This document shows positions 19,466-28,465 of a stretch of 64,000 bases of DNA, piece by piece (the stretch's first letter is position 1; each line of letters starts with the position of its first letter). A program made the translations under genes and the position numbers. The notes under the pieces were generated by a model. That model was given only the letters and a program-made list of their open reading frames with translations, was not told the DNA's origin and made no database searches. The stretch comes from Patescibacteria group bacterium (lineage in GTDB: Bacteria; Patescibacteriota; Minisyncoccia; Phycocordibacterales; CAIZLB01), in assembly GCA_040384445.1 (NCBI GenBank), contig JAZKJG010000001.1, positions 71,650 to 135,649 of the forward strand. Reading direction: 5' to 3'.

Positions 19466-19566
19466 GATATTAAAGATGTGTGGCGGGTTATGGAATCACA
19501 AAATGTTCTTCCTAGTTCTGTATTATACTATTACTCTACAGAAAAAGCAAGTTTACACCACAGGTA

Positions 19567-20298
19567 CTACAGAGCGTCAATATATCGCTCAAAGTATTCA
19601 AACGGAACTCCGCCAGTAATCAGAGTGGAGTTGTTGATAATAAATGAAGGTGTGGCTCGTACATTTAAATCAAGCGCAGCAGCCTTATCTGCATCAATCT
19701 GTGCTGCATATTTATTTTTTCCATCTGCTACGAGTTTGTCATAATCCAACCCAAGATCTTTTGTCAGATTTCTAAAGAATCCAACTCGTTCTTGAGTTCC
19801 GTATCGAGACCATGTACTTTGAGTCTCGAGAACTTTAGTATGTAAATTTTGATATGCCTCGTTACTTGTTTCTTGTGCAGCAAGAACCATTCGTGCCACT
19901 TCAATAGCAGGTGCACCATGAACTGGGAAAACTCTTCGTGTTACCGTGATTCTATTTCCATATGTTTCTATGAGCATCTTAACAAGAGCTTCACCTTGTA
20001 CGGCACAAGCTGGACATTCATAATCCATAAATTCAGTTACAACAATAGGAGTTGTAGAAGTACTTACTTTTGTAGCCGTTGTGCCTGTGATTTTAGGATT
20101 TACAGCTGGAGCAACAACGTTTGGGTCGAGTGTTAATCCTGTACTGATATTTTTCATAACAGTATCTTCAGAAAGAGTTCCTCCTGTTGATACTCCTTTA
20201 AACATGGTAAGTCCTATGGTGATAATAATAGCCGTCACAGCTAGTATTCCTAAAGCGACCTTAGTTTCTGTTGTAATGGGTGTTGATGTATTTTGCAT
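19567..20298 (-). CDS. DsbA-like thiol:disulfide oxidoreductase (thioredoxin fold, CPAC active site), membrane-anchored
   Basis: EFMDYECPACAVQGEALV and one N-terminal TM. The ORF could start at 20367, but then it overlaps dsbB. Confidence 0.8.
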   Translation of the reverse strand: MQNTSTPITTETKVALGILAVTAIIITIGLTMFKGVSTGGTLSEDTVMKNISTGLTLDPNVVAPAVNPKITGTTATKVSTSTTPIVVTEFMDYECPACAVQGEALVKMLIETYGNRITVTRRVFPVHGAPAIEVARMVLAAQETSNEAYQNLHTKVLETQSTWSRYGTQERVGFFRNLTKDLGLDYDKLVADGKNKYAAQIDADKAAALDLNVRATPSFIINNSTLITGGVPFEYFERYIDAL

Positions 20299-20323
20299 AC
20301 TCCCCAGTATATCAAATATCGAC

Positions 20324-20764
20324 CTATTTTGCAGAGTTCTTTTGAAGCCATTCTCGATATACCACACATCCTAAAAGAACGATAGAAAAGGCTGTAAATG
20401 ACATAAGTGGGATCGTAATAAATCCAAAGTATTCTACGTATTTAGTTGTACATGAGATACCATAACTACATGATTCACCCGGGTCGATAATGCCACTATA
20501 CAGTAGGTTGTGATATAGGGCGAATAGCCAGCCGATAATGGCAAGAGGAAACACGTAGTGATACACCTTTTTGTCACCTCTAAACATTCCAACAAAAAGA
20601 ATAGGAATAAGAGAATACATACAGATTCGCTGATACCAACATAGTACACACGGAGCATATCCTTTAATATCACTGAGATACAAACTGCCGAGCGTGGCCA
20701 CGATTGCCTGGATAAGAACTAGAATAAGGGCGTTTTTCTGGAGCCATTGGGTTGCTGTTTTCAT
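20324..20764 (-). CDS. Disulfide bond formation protein B (DsbB/BdbC family)
   Basis: A 4-TM protein with the CVLCWYQR motif and a second Cys pair (CSYGISC) in the periplasmic loop. It is paired with the DsbA-like gene. Confidence 0.8.
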   Translation of the reverse strand: MKTATQWLQKNALILVLIQAIVATLGSLYLSDIKGYAPCVLCWYQRICMYSLIPILFVGMFRGDKKVYHYVFPLAIIGWLFALYHNLLYSGIIDPGESCSYGISCTTKYVEYFGFITIPLMSFTAFSIVLLGCVVYREWLQKNSAK

Positions 20765-20812
20765 ATATAGTAGTATACCCACAAGTCTATATATCTATGC
20801 TAGTATACAATT

Positions 20813-21529
20813 ATGACATTATATTTTATTATGCTGGCCACAGTAGTTTCAACACTTTTGGGTGGTTTAGTGGCGTTTCGATATAAAAAGTTTGCCCATA
20901 TCTTTACAGGACTTACTGCCGGAACACTTCTAGCAGTTATCTTCCTTGAGATTCTTCCAGAAATCATAGAAATGCAAGAAGGATCCTCAATGCCTCTTTT
21001 GTTTGTTCTTTTTGGATTTATTTTGTTCCATGTAGTTGAGAAAATATTTTCACTACATCATTCGCACGAAGACGGACATCATGGACATCATCATGTTGCC
21101 TCAAAAAAAGTTGGAGCCATCGCACTGATTATTCACTCATTTTTTGATGGATTAAGTATTGCAGTTGCGTATAAAGTATCTCCTGAGTTTGGGTTTTTAC
21201 TCGCACTCGCTGTGATTGCACATGATTTTAGTGATGGGTTTAATACAGTATCTTTGACTGACCGAAGTTCAAAATCAAAGTTTTATTTAGCTATTGATGC
21301 AATTGCACCAGTGCTCGGAGTACTAATCGGAACATTGATATTTATTCCAGATGCATTTCTTGCACCTATACTAGGTATCTGCGCCGGAATTCTGTTGTAC
21401 GTATGTACAGGAGACGTGTTGCCTGAAGCGCATTGTGATAAGCCAAGACATACTGTAGAACACTTATTCGCATTGTGTGCCGGTGTTGCATATATCGTGT
21501 TGATTATTACGCTACTTCCAGTATTATAG
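20813..21529 (+). CDS. ZIP family divalent metal (zinc) transporter (ZupT-like)
   Basis: His-rich loop HHSHEDGHHGHHH and the conserved ZIP TM signature HSFFDGLSIAVAY...HDFSDG. Confidence 0.85.
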   Translation: MTLYFIMLATVVSTLLGGLVAFRYKKFAHIFTGLTAGTLLAVIFLEILPEIIEMQEGSSMPLLFVLFGFILFHVVEKIFSLHHSHEDGHHGHHHVASKKVGAIALIIHSFFDGLSIAVAYKVSPEFGFLLALAVIAHDFSDGFNTVSLTDRSSKSKFYLAIDAIAPVLGVLIGTLIFIPDAFLAPILGICAGILLYVCTGDVLPEAHCDKPRHTVEHLFALCAGVAYIVLIITLLPVL

Positions 21530-21533
21530 AGGT

Positions 21534-21875
21534 ATGAAAGTGTCAGTATACAAAGATAAAATAATTCAGGTGCTGAAAAAGAACCATCTTCTTTCTATTG
21601 CTGATATCCACGCTAAGATTCCAGAATCAAATTTTTCAACTATTTTTAGAAATATTGAAATTCTCAAAACAGAAGGGTTGGTAAAACAGGTTGTTGCAAA
21701 TAAAGATACTATTTTATATGAATTAATTCAGGCAGGGCACGAGCATGATCATTTTATTTGTACTGATTGTGGTGATGTGCAGAGTATACAAATTGACAAA
21801 AAAGCCTTACATCTAAAGGGTAAAACAAAGGTGACAGACACTGTGGTTCATGGATTTTGTACAAAGTGTTGTTAG
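21534..21875 (+). CDS. Fur family transcriptional regulator (Zur-like)
   Basis: EHDHFICTDCGDV...HGFCTKCC metal-site motifs and a winged-helix N-terminus. It lies 5 nt after the ZIP gene. Confidence 0.85.
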   Translation: MKVSVYKDKIIQVLKKNHLLSIADIHAKIPESNFSTIFRNIEILKTEGLVKQVVANKDTILYELIQAGHEHDHFICTDCGDVQSIQIDKKALHLKGKTKVTDTVVHGFCTKCC

Positions 21876-21884
21876 TGTTTTCTA

Positions 21885-21924
21885 AATGCAAACGACTTGC
21901 ATTATAATTTGTATTATGTATAAT
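21885..21924 (+). promoter_or_regulatory. Candidate sigma70-like promoter (TTGCAT-16-TATAAT) overlapped by a 7-5-7 inverted repeat, aatgcaa-acgac-ttgcatt. This is a candidate metalloregulator operator.
   Basis: Inverted repeat at 21885-21903. The -35 element is at 21897-21902 and the -10 at 21919-21924. It sits directly between the zur stop and a Cys-rich micro-ORF. Confidence 0.3.
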
Positions 21925-21974
21925 AGAGGATAACCAACGATGATGTTGGGGATAGGAAGGAACATAATCACAAT

Positions 21975-22034
21975 ATGAAAATTTGTTTCGGAGAAGATGA
22001 TGGCTGCTGTGGCGGTGGTTGTGGATGTGGTTAG
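21975..22034 (+). CDS. Cys/Gly-rich 19-aa peptide (MKICFGEDDGCCGGGCGCG), a putative metal-binding or RiPP-like peptide
   Basis: I translated this by hand. There is an aggaagga RBS-like sequence 13 nt upstream and 7 Cys in the last 9 residues. It lies between zur and yibE/F. Confidence 0.35.
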   Translation: MKICFGEDDGCCGGGCGCG

Positions 22035-22136
22035 CCCCCCCACCTTAATTCCTCCAAGGGGAATATTAAATAATCTTGGCTCGAGAGTCTGGCACATCTG
22101 TGTCGGACTCTTTTTTAACAATGGTATAATACATAT

Positions 22137-23252
22137 ATGAAATTCATCAAATTATTTTTACTTACGTTTGCGGTACTTACCGTCACATCATTATCTGCAC
22201 AAGAGATTGTTCCTGACACGCTTGAATATCTTAAAGCAGAAGTTGTGTCAGTAGAGTTTTTGGAAGAGCGATTGCTTGTAGGTACAACAACGCGAAATGT
22301 ATACACTGTTTCAGCCCGTCTTGAAAATGGAAATATAGAAGAATTTGAAAGTGACCACTATGAAGTGGAACCTGGAGATAAAATGTATGTGCTCAAACGA
22401 ACTGACTTAGATGGAAATGTGACATACAGACTCGATGAACCAGTGAGACTTCCTATACTGTTAATCCTTACGTTTGTTTTTGTTGTTTTAAGTATTTGGA
22501 TTGGAGGAAAACAAGGTGTGAAAGGATTACTTACATTAATTGGAAGTATGTTTTTATTATTTCTATTTCTTGTTCCAAGTATCATCAAAGGGTATTCGCC
22601 AGTACTTATAAGTTTACTGGTCGCTTCATTTATAATCATCTTAGGATCATATGTTACGCATGGGTTCAATAGAACAACAAGTACAGCCATAGCAGGAATG
22701 ATCACAACAGTACTAGGGGCTGGATTGGCAACATTTGTAAGTATGTACTTGATGAAGCTGACTGGATTGTATAGTGAAGACGTTGTGTATCTTATGTTTA
22801 ATACTTCAGGGACACTCGATGTGAAAGGTTTATTGTTTGCAGGAATTATGATTGGATTACTTGGAATTTTATATGATGTGGCAATTGGACAAGCTATTGC
22901 AGTTGAGGAGTTGATACGTGCAGATGGAACGATGACGCCACGAAAACTTATTGAGCGAGGGCTTCGTATTGGACGTGAACATATTGGTGCGCTCGTTGAT
23001 ACATTGGCATTAGCATACGTTGGAGCATCACTTCCACTTCTTCTTTTATTTGCAACATCTGATGCGCCTATCTTATATATTTTAAATAGAGAAGACATCT
23101 CAACTGAACTTGTTCGAATTTTGGTAGGTAGTGCAAGTATTATAATTGCTGTTCCTATTACGACATATATTGCGGTATATGTACTTAAAAAATACGGAAT
23201 TCCGTCTCATAAAACTGAAGGTGGTTGCGGACATGTCCATCACGAGCATTAG
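22137..23252 (+). CDS. YibE/F family membrane protein with a His/Cys-rich C-terminus (GGCGHVHHEH)
   Basis: Signal peptide, soluble N-terminal domain and a multi-TM YibE/F-like core. The C-terminal metal-binding-like tail fits the zinc locus. Confidence 0.6.
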   Translation: MKFIKLFLLTFAVLTVTSLSAQEIVPDTLEYLKAEVVSVEFLEERLLVGTTTRNVYTVSARLENGNIEEFESDHYEVEPGDKMYVLKRTDLDGNVTYRLDEPVRLPILLILTFVFVVLSIWIGGKQGVKGLLTLIGSMFLLFLFLVPSIIKGYSPVLISLLVASFIIILGSYVTHGFNRTTSTAIAGMITTVLGAGLATFVSMYLMKLTGLYSEDVVYLMFNTSGTLDVKGLLFAGIMIGLLGILYDVAIGQAIAVEELIRADGTMTPRKLIERGLRIGREHIGALVDTLALAYVGASLPLLLLFATSDAPILYILNREDISTELVRILVGSASIIIAVPITTYIAVYVLKKYGIPSHKTEGGCGHVHHEH

Positions 23253-23277
23253 TATAAAAACATGATATGATATACGC

Positions 23278-24258
23278 ATGTCAGAATACTATAGCGACTC
23301 TATCTTCTGGATAGATGTAGATAAAATAAATCCAAACCCATATCAACCACGACGAGAATTTGATCCTGTCGCACTTCAGGACTTGTCGGACTCTATTCGT
23401 ATGTATGGTCTGCTGCAGCCGATAACGGTGACTCGAAAAGAGCACATGAAAGAAGATGGCGGTCTTGCTGTACAATATGAACTTATTTCTGGAGAGCGAC
23501 GAACACGAGCGGCAAAGCTTGCAGGTCTCGCACAAATCCCTGCAATCATCCGAGCCAAAGAAGAAGACGCACGAACAAAACTAGAACTTGCGATTATTGA
23601 AAATATTCAACGAGAAGATTTAAACGTGATTGATCGAGCGCGAGCTTTTCAACAGCTTGTACAAGAGTTCGGATTTAAGCATATCCAAGTTGCAGAGAAA
23701 ATGGGTAAGAGTCGAGAGTATGTTACAAACAGTATGCGACTTTTGAATCTTCCATCGCACATGCTTGATGCACTCGGGCAGAAAAAAATTATGGAAGGTC
23801 ATACTCGACCACTTCTGATGCTTACAGATCGGCCAGAAGAACAGGAAGCTTTGTTTCAAGATATAATTCTTCGAAAATTAAACGTTCGAGAATCTGAGAT
23901 GATTGCACGAAAGATTGCGAAAGATAGAGCGCGAAAGAAAGAAAAAGATTTAAATCCTGAGATTATTGAGTTTGAACAAAGATTAAACGAAGCACTTGGA
24001 ACTAGAGTTCATATTGAATCAAAAGAACAAGGAGGAAAAATTGTGATTGACTATTATGACCTTGTAGATCTTAAAAAGTTACTTGAGAAGTTGCATAACG
24101 AAGGTCCAGTGTCGATTGGTGAGGTGATGGATGAAAATATTTTGGTAAATGATAATGGTGATACGATTGTGCTTGAACCGATTTCAAATGATACATCGAG
24201 TGTGACGGATGTAGATGAGGATCCAGATATATATAGTGTGATGAAGTTTAGTGTGTAG
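23278..24258 (+). CDS. parB: ParB/Spo0J chromosome partitioning protein
   Basis: ParB box LISGERRTRAAKLAGL, an HTH, and a C-terminal dimerisation region. Confidence 0.88.
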   Translation: MSEYYSDSIFWIDVDKINPNPYQPRREFDPVALQDLSDSIRMYGLLQPITVTRKEHMKEDGGLAVQYELISGERRTRAAKLAGLAQIPAIIRAKEEDARTKLELAIIENIQREDLNVIDRARAFQQLVQEFGFKHIQVAEKMGKSREYVTNSMRLLNLPSHMLDALGQKKIMEGHTRPLLMLTDRPEEQEALFQDIILRKLNVRESEMIARKIAKDRARKKEKDLNPEIIEFEQRLNEALGTRVHIESKEQGGKIVIDYYDLVDLKKLLEKLHNEGPVSIGEVMDENILVNDNGDTIVLEPISNDTSSVTDVDEDPDIYSVMKFSV

Positions 24259-24309
24259 TAAGAAAAAGCCCCAAGACCTGTGAAGGTCGAGGGGTTTTTG
24301 GGTGGGGGT

Positions 24310-24735
24310 TTAGGGTACTGGTACATGTACAGGAATGTATTTTTTTATCATTTCCTCAACTTCTTTTTGACCGTTCAGTAACGCCAGAATTTTTTGATTT
24401 CTACTTGTGAGAATCAGACTGCAGACTTTTGGGGGTGTGAGTCCGGCTTTTAGGAATTGTGTGAACCACTCGAAGTCTTCGTCGTCAACCAAAGCAAAGT
24501 TCAATGTATCCGAGACAGAAATTCTGACTACGAATGGGAGTGATACACATCCTTCAGGTTGGTCGGGAATTAATTCGCAATCAAATTTCCACGCTAAACT
24601 AAACTTTAAAGATGATTGTCGGTCAGCTAAAACTCTGTAGCCAGATTTCAAAAGTGCATCAATGAGTGTGATGCAGGAATCAGTAAGTCTTTTTCTGTTT
24701 TCAGTATCGTTGCTTGTTAAAACTACTTTCTTCAT
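24310..24735 (-). CDS. Hypothetical protein. The ORF extends to 24834, but the start is probably MKKVVL.
   Basis: ORF only. It is downstream of topA on the same strand. Confidence 0.4.
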   Translation of the reverse strand: MKKVVLTSNDTENRKRLTDSCITLIDALLKSGYRVLADRQSSLKFSLAWKFDCELIPDQPEGCVSLPFVVRISVSDTLNFALVDDEDFEWFTQFLKAGLTPPKVCSLILTSRNQKILALLNGQKEVEEMIKKYIPVHVPVP

Positions 24736-24852
24736 AAAGATCGTGGGTGAAGGTTTGAATGACGCTACGTTGCGTGACCATAGTAGAATACCTTTGGAGT
24801 ATGAGATTGTCAAACTAAAACCCCGCACCAACAAGTGGTGCGAGGAGTTTGC

Positions 24853-25167
24853 TCAGAGGTCTTCTGTGAAGACAATGTGATGATATCCGAGGTTTGCTGC
24901 CAACTCATTGAATTGATCATTTTTGAAAGCAGAGCCACGATACCCGGCGTTCGCCAACACGAGCTCGAGTTGGTTCACCGTTTCCTCGTCAGGTTTTTCG
25001 TTTGTAATTGAGGTGAAGTAGATCACATGAATCTTTGCAAGGGGTAAAAATAATTTTTTCCTTTTAAAGCCATGTTCCTCCAAATTACCAACTCTCATAC
25101 GAGCTGCAAAATAGAGGAGAACAAAGAGAATGGTGATAATGAAAATGAAATATTTGGACTCAAACAT
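24853..25167 (-). CDS. Hypothetical membrane-anchored protein
   Basis: N-terminal TM followed by a soluble domain. No known motif. Confidence 0.4.
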   Translation of the reverse strand: MFESKYFIFIITILFVLLYFAARMRVGNLEEHGFKRKKLFLPLAKIHVIYFTSITNEKPDEETVNQLELVLANAGYRGSAFKNDQFNELAANLGYHHIVFTEDL

Positions 25168-25248
25168 AAGTTATAAAGTGCTAAGGGTGAATTGCTACGA
25201 AAAAGTAGCTTGTACACAACATAACACAAATACAGTACACATCAAACC

Positions 25249-27453
25249 CTACTCCGCCTTTTTCTTCTTCGCGAAACCTCTCGGTTTCTTTGGGGTATTA
25301 AGTAACTCCATCGCCTCATCAAACGTTACCTTGAACACATCCACATTTTTAAGTGATCTGAAATCACCATCACATCCAACATATGGACCAAATCGTCCTT
25401 TATTTGCAATCACATCTTTATCATTCGCTGGATTTTTTCCAAGAACTCGAGGAAGTGATAAATAGAGTAATGCTTGCTCAACAGTAACTTCTGAAGGGTT
25501 TACTTCTTTTGGGATACTTGCCATACGAGGTTTCTTTACCTTTGGAGTTTTTTCACCAAGCTGTACAAAAGGACCAAAACGCCCATTCTTTACATAAATA
25601 GACATGCCTGTTTCTGGATCTGTACCAATTGGTTCATCAGCTTTAATTTCAACACCATCAATCGTGAGCGAACCAAGGCATTCTGGAAACTTTGAACAAG
25701 ATAGAAATTTACCACCACGTGAAAGTTTAATATCCATGGCTGATCCACAGAGTGGGCATACGAATTCAGTTGATTGCCCCATGTTTGTAATTTTCGCATC
25801 CGTACTTTTCAGCTTAACTTCTTTGAGAAATGGTTTATAGAAATCTCCAAGTACTTTTTCGTACGTAGTTTTTCCTTCAGCAATAAGGTCGAGCTTGTCT
25901 TCCATCTCAGCGGTAAAAGAATCACTAATATAGTGTTCAAAGTTTTCTTCTAGAAATGTACTTACCACATCTCCAACATCAGTAGGCTTCAATGCTCGTC
26001 CAAGTTTTTCTACATACTCTCGTTCCTCAAGGGTTCTCATAATACTTGCATATGTTGACGGACGTCCGATACCTCGTTTCTCGAGTTCTTTCACTAGTCC
26101 TGCCTCTGTATATCTACCCGGCGGTTCTGTGAACTTTTCTGTTGATTCAATTCCAAGAAAATCAAATGCATTTCCAACTGTGAGTGCAGGAACTTCAACA
26201 TCTTCACCTCGTGCAACCGGATCTGCTTTTAGCCAGCCATCAAAAAGAATTCGTGATCCATTAATTGTAAAGTCTGGAAATGAAATTTTTTCTCCACCCT
26301 TAACATTCGCAACAATCTTTGTTCGCAAAGTTTTTGCATCACTCATTTGTGAAGAAATTGTTCGTGCTAAAATCAAATCATACAAACGCTTTTCATCATC
26401 TGTATTTCCAGCTGAAGCTTTTGCGATATTAGTTGGTCGTATTGCTTCGTGGGCCTCTTGTGCGTTTTTTACTTTTGAACTAAAAGATCTTGCTTCAACA
26501 TATTCTGCACCATATACTTTTTTAATATATCCAAGAATACTTTCTTGGGCAGCTTTTCCTAAGTTTGTACTATCAGTTCGCATGTATGTAATATGTCCAT
26601 GCTCGTACAGCTTTTGTGCAGCTCGCATCGTTCGTGAAGGGGAGAATCCAAGTCGAGTTGAGGCAACTTGTTGAATTGTTGATGTGATAAATGGTGCTTT
26701 AGGAGATCGTTTTACTTCACCTGATTCAATATCTTTTACATACCAATTTTTTGCATTGTCGTGAGCTTGTTTTACAATCTCTTCTGCTCTCTCAACTTTT
26801 CTAACATCTTCTACACATGTGTATCCTAATGCCGTTGTTTTCGTTCCAGACGGAGTTAAAGATGCAATAAGGGTATAATATGCTTCCGGTACAAACGCAC
26901 GAATCTCACGCTCACGTTCCATAATAATTCGGAGCGCTGGTGACTGAACTCGACCTGCTGAAAGCCCGTATCGAACTTTTTTCCAGATCAATCCTGACAA
27001 ATCATATCCTACGAGTCTATCAAGTACACGTCGCGCCTCCTGAGCATGTCGAAGTTCCTGATCAATTTTTCTGGGATGTGCAATTGCTTCTAGAATTGCT
27101 TCTTTTGTAATCTCAGTATATGTAATTCGTTTCGCATCTTTCAACTTTAATGTTTGCTGAACATGCCACGCAATAGCTTCTCCTTCTCGGTCGTGGTCGG
27201 CTGCAAGATATACTGAATCAACTTTTTTTACTGCCGCTTCAAGCTCTCGAACAACTTTTTCTTTTCCGGCTGAGATTTCATAGTTCGGCTTAAAATCATT
27301 TTCAATATCAATAGCTTTTTTGTTATTTTTAGGAAGATCTCTGATGTGTCCAACAGATGACATTACAATATATTCATCGCCAAGATACTTGCCGATAGTT
27401 TTAGCTTTTGAAGGAGACTCAACAATAATTAAATGTTTTAAAGCTTTAGTCAT
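25249..27453 (-). CDS. topA: DNA topoisomerase I with C-terminal zinc-ribbon domains
   Basis: TOPRIM (LIIVESPSKAKTI), the active-site Tyr region and C4 zinc fingers (CPLCGS...CSKFPEC). Confidence 0.95.
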   Translation of the reverse strand: MTKALKHLIIVESPSKAKTIGKYLGDEYIVMSSVGHIRDLPKNNKKAIDIENDFKPNYEISAGKEKVVRELEAAVKKVDSVYLAADHDREGEAIAWHVQQTLKLKDAKRITYTEITKEAILEAIAHPRKIDQELRHAQEARRVLDRLVGYDLSGLIWKKVRYGLSAGRVQSPALRIIMEREREIRAFVPEAYYTLIASLTPSGTKTTALGYTCVEDVRKVERAEEIVKQAHDNAKNWYVKDIESGEVKRSPKAPFITSTIQQVASTRLGFSPSRTMRAAQKLYEHGHITYMRTDSTNLGKAAQESILGYIKKVYGAEYVEARSFSSKVKNAQEAHEAIRPTNIAKASAGNTDDEKRLYDLILARTISSQMSDAKTLRTKIVANVKGGEKISFPDFTINGSRILFDGWLKADPVARGEDVEVPALTVGNAFDFLGIESTEKFTEPPGRYTEAGLVKELEKRGIGRPSTYASIMRTLEEREYVEKLGRALKPTDVGDVVSTFLEENFEHYISDSFTAEMEDKLDLIAEGKTTYEKVLGDFYKPFLKEVKLKSTDAKITNMGQSTEFVCPLCGSAMDIKLSRGGKFLSCSKFPECLGSLTIDGVEIKADEPIGTDPETGMSIYVKNGRFGPFVQLGEKTPKVKKPRMASIPKEVNPSEVTVEQALLYLSLPRVLGKNPANDKDVIANKGRFGPYVGCDGDFRSLKNVDVFKVTFDEAMELLNTPKKPRGFAKKKKAE

Positions 27454-27491
27454 TGTAGTAGTAATACCATATATATATAGAGTGTGGCAAA

Positions 27492-28400
27492 TTAACGCTT
27501 TATACACACCCTCCCTAAACTCATCTTCACTAACCCGTGAAGTTCCAAAATTGTCACATAAATTGACACATCCATACTACTCATAGAAAGAAGTTCGGAA
27601 ATATATTCTTTTGTTACTCCATCCGCAAAACTTTTCACACATTCGAGAATTTGTTTTTCTTTTTCACCAAGAGTTGGTGCAAATTCGTGAGTACTTAGTG
27701 TTTCCTCCGGAATCTCCACCCCATCTTTCCAAAGTTCTACACCATGTATCAAAGCCAAGTTCGTCAATACCTCTGTCAATGTTTCGAGAGATATAAAAAT
27801 TCTTGCTCCTTTATTGATAAGTTCATGTGTACCACGGGATGTTGCTGAATATATGGATCCAGGAATTGCAATAACTTCACGACCATAGTCAGTTGCTAAA
27901 TGCGCGGTGATGAGAGTTCCAGAACTTTGCTCAGCCTCGATCACAATAGTGAGATGTGACATACCAGCCATCAAACGATTGCGAATAGGAAAAGTCCACG
28001 GAGCGGCACGAACAAGAGGTTTGAATTCATTTACAATAAGCCCACCATTTTCAATAATCTTTTGTTTCAAATCAAGATGTGCTCGCGGATAAAAAACTTC
28101 GTCATCAATTCCTGATCCAGGGATAGCAATAGTTGGAATGCCATGCCCGATCGATAATTCGTGTACAATTCCATCAATACCATATGCTGCACCTGAGACT
28201 GTGATGATATTCATCCGTTTTAAATGCTCCATAATATGTCGAACACAATCTTGACCGTACGAACTGGCTTTTCGAGGCCCTACAATACACACATACAGAT
28301 GCGTTTTTGACTGCAGAAGTTGAACATTACCCTCACTATAAAGCTCCTTGGGTGGATCGGGGATATGGGCAAGTAAACCATGTATGGAAGTGTGATGCAT
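27492..28400 (-). CDS. dprA: DNA processing protein DprA (Smf)
   Basis: Rossmann-like DprA core GAAYGIDGIVHELSI plus a C-terminal winged-helix domain. Confidence 0.85.
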   Translation of the reverse strand: MHHTSIHGLLAHIPDPPKELYSEGNVQLLQSKTHLYVCIVGPRKASSYGQDCVRHIMEHLKRMNIITVSGAAYGIDGIVHELSIGHGIPTIAIPGSGIDDEVFYPRAHLDLKQKIIENGGLIVNEFKPLVRAAPWTFPIRNRLMAGMSHLTIVIEAEQSSGTLITAHLATDYGREVIAIPGSIYSATSRGTHELINKGARIFISLETLTEVLTNLALIHGVELWKDGVEIPEETLSTHEFAPTLGEKEKQILECVKSFADGVTKEYISELLSMSSMDVSIYVTILELHGLVKMSLGRVCIKR

Positions 28401-28465
28401 GGAAATAGTGTGACTTTTCTGATATCATGTTTTTATAAAGGATTTATCCATAAAATATAAATAAT

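Noticed and set aside
22358-23098. 246-aa minus-strand ORF
   Set aside because: It is entirely antisense to the YibE/F membrane-protein gene. Its low-complexity S/T/N-rich translation is typical of the reverse frame of a hydrophobic gene.
26129-26674. 181-aa plus-strand ORF inside topA
   Set aside because: It is antisense to a confidently identified topoisomerase I gene and has no motifs.
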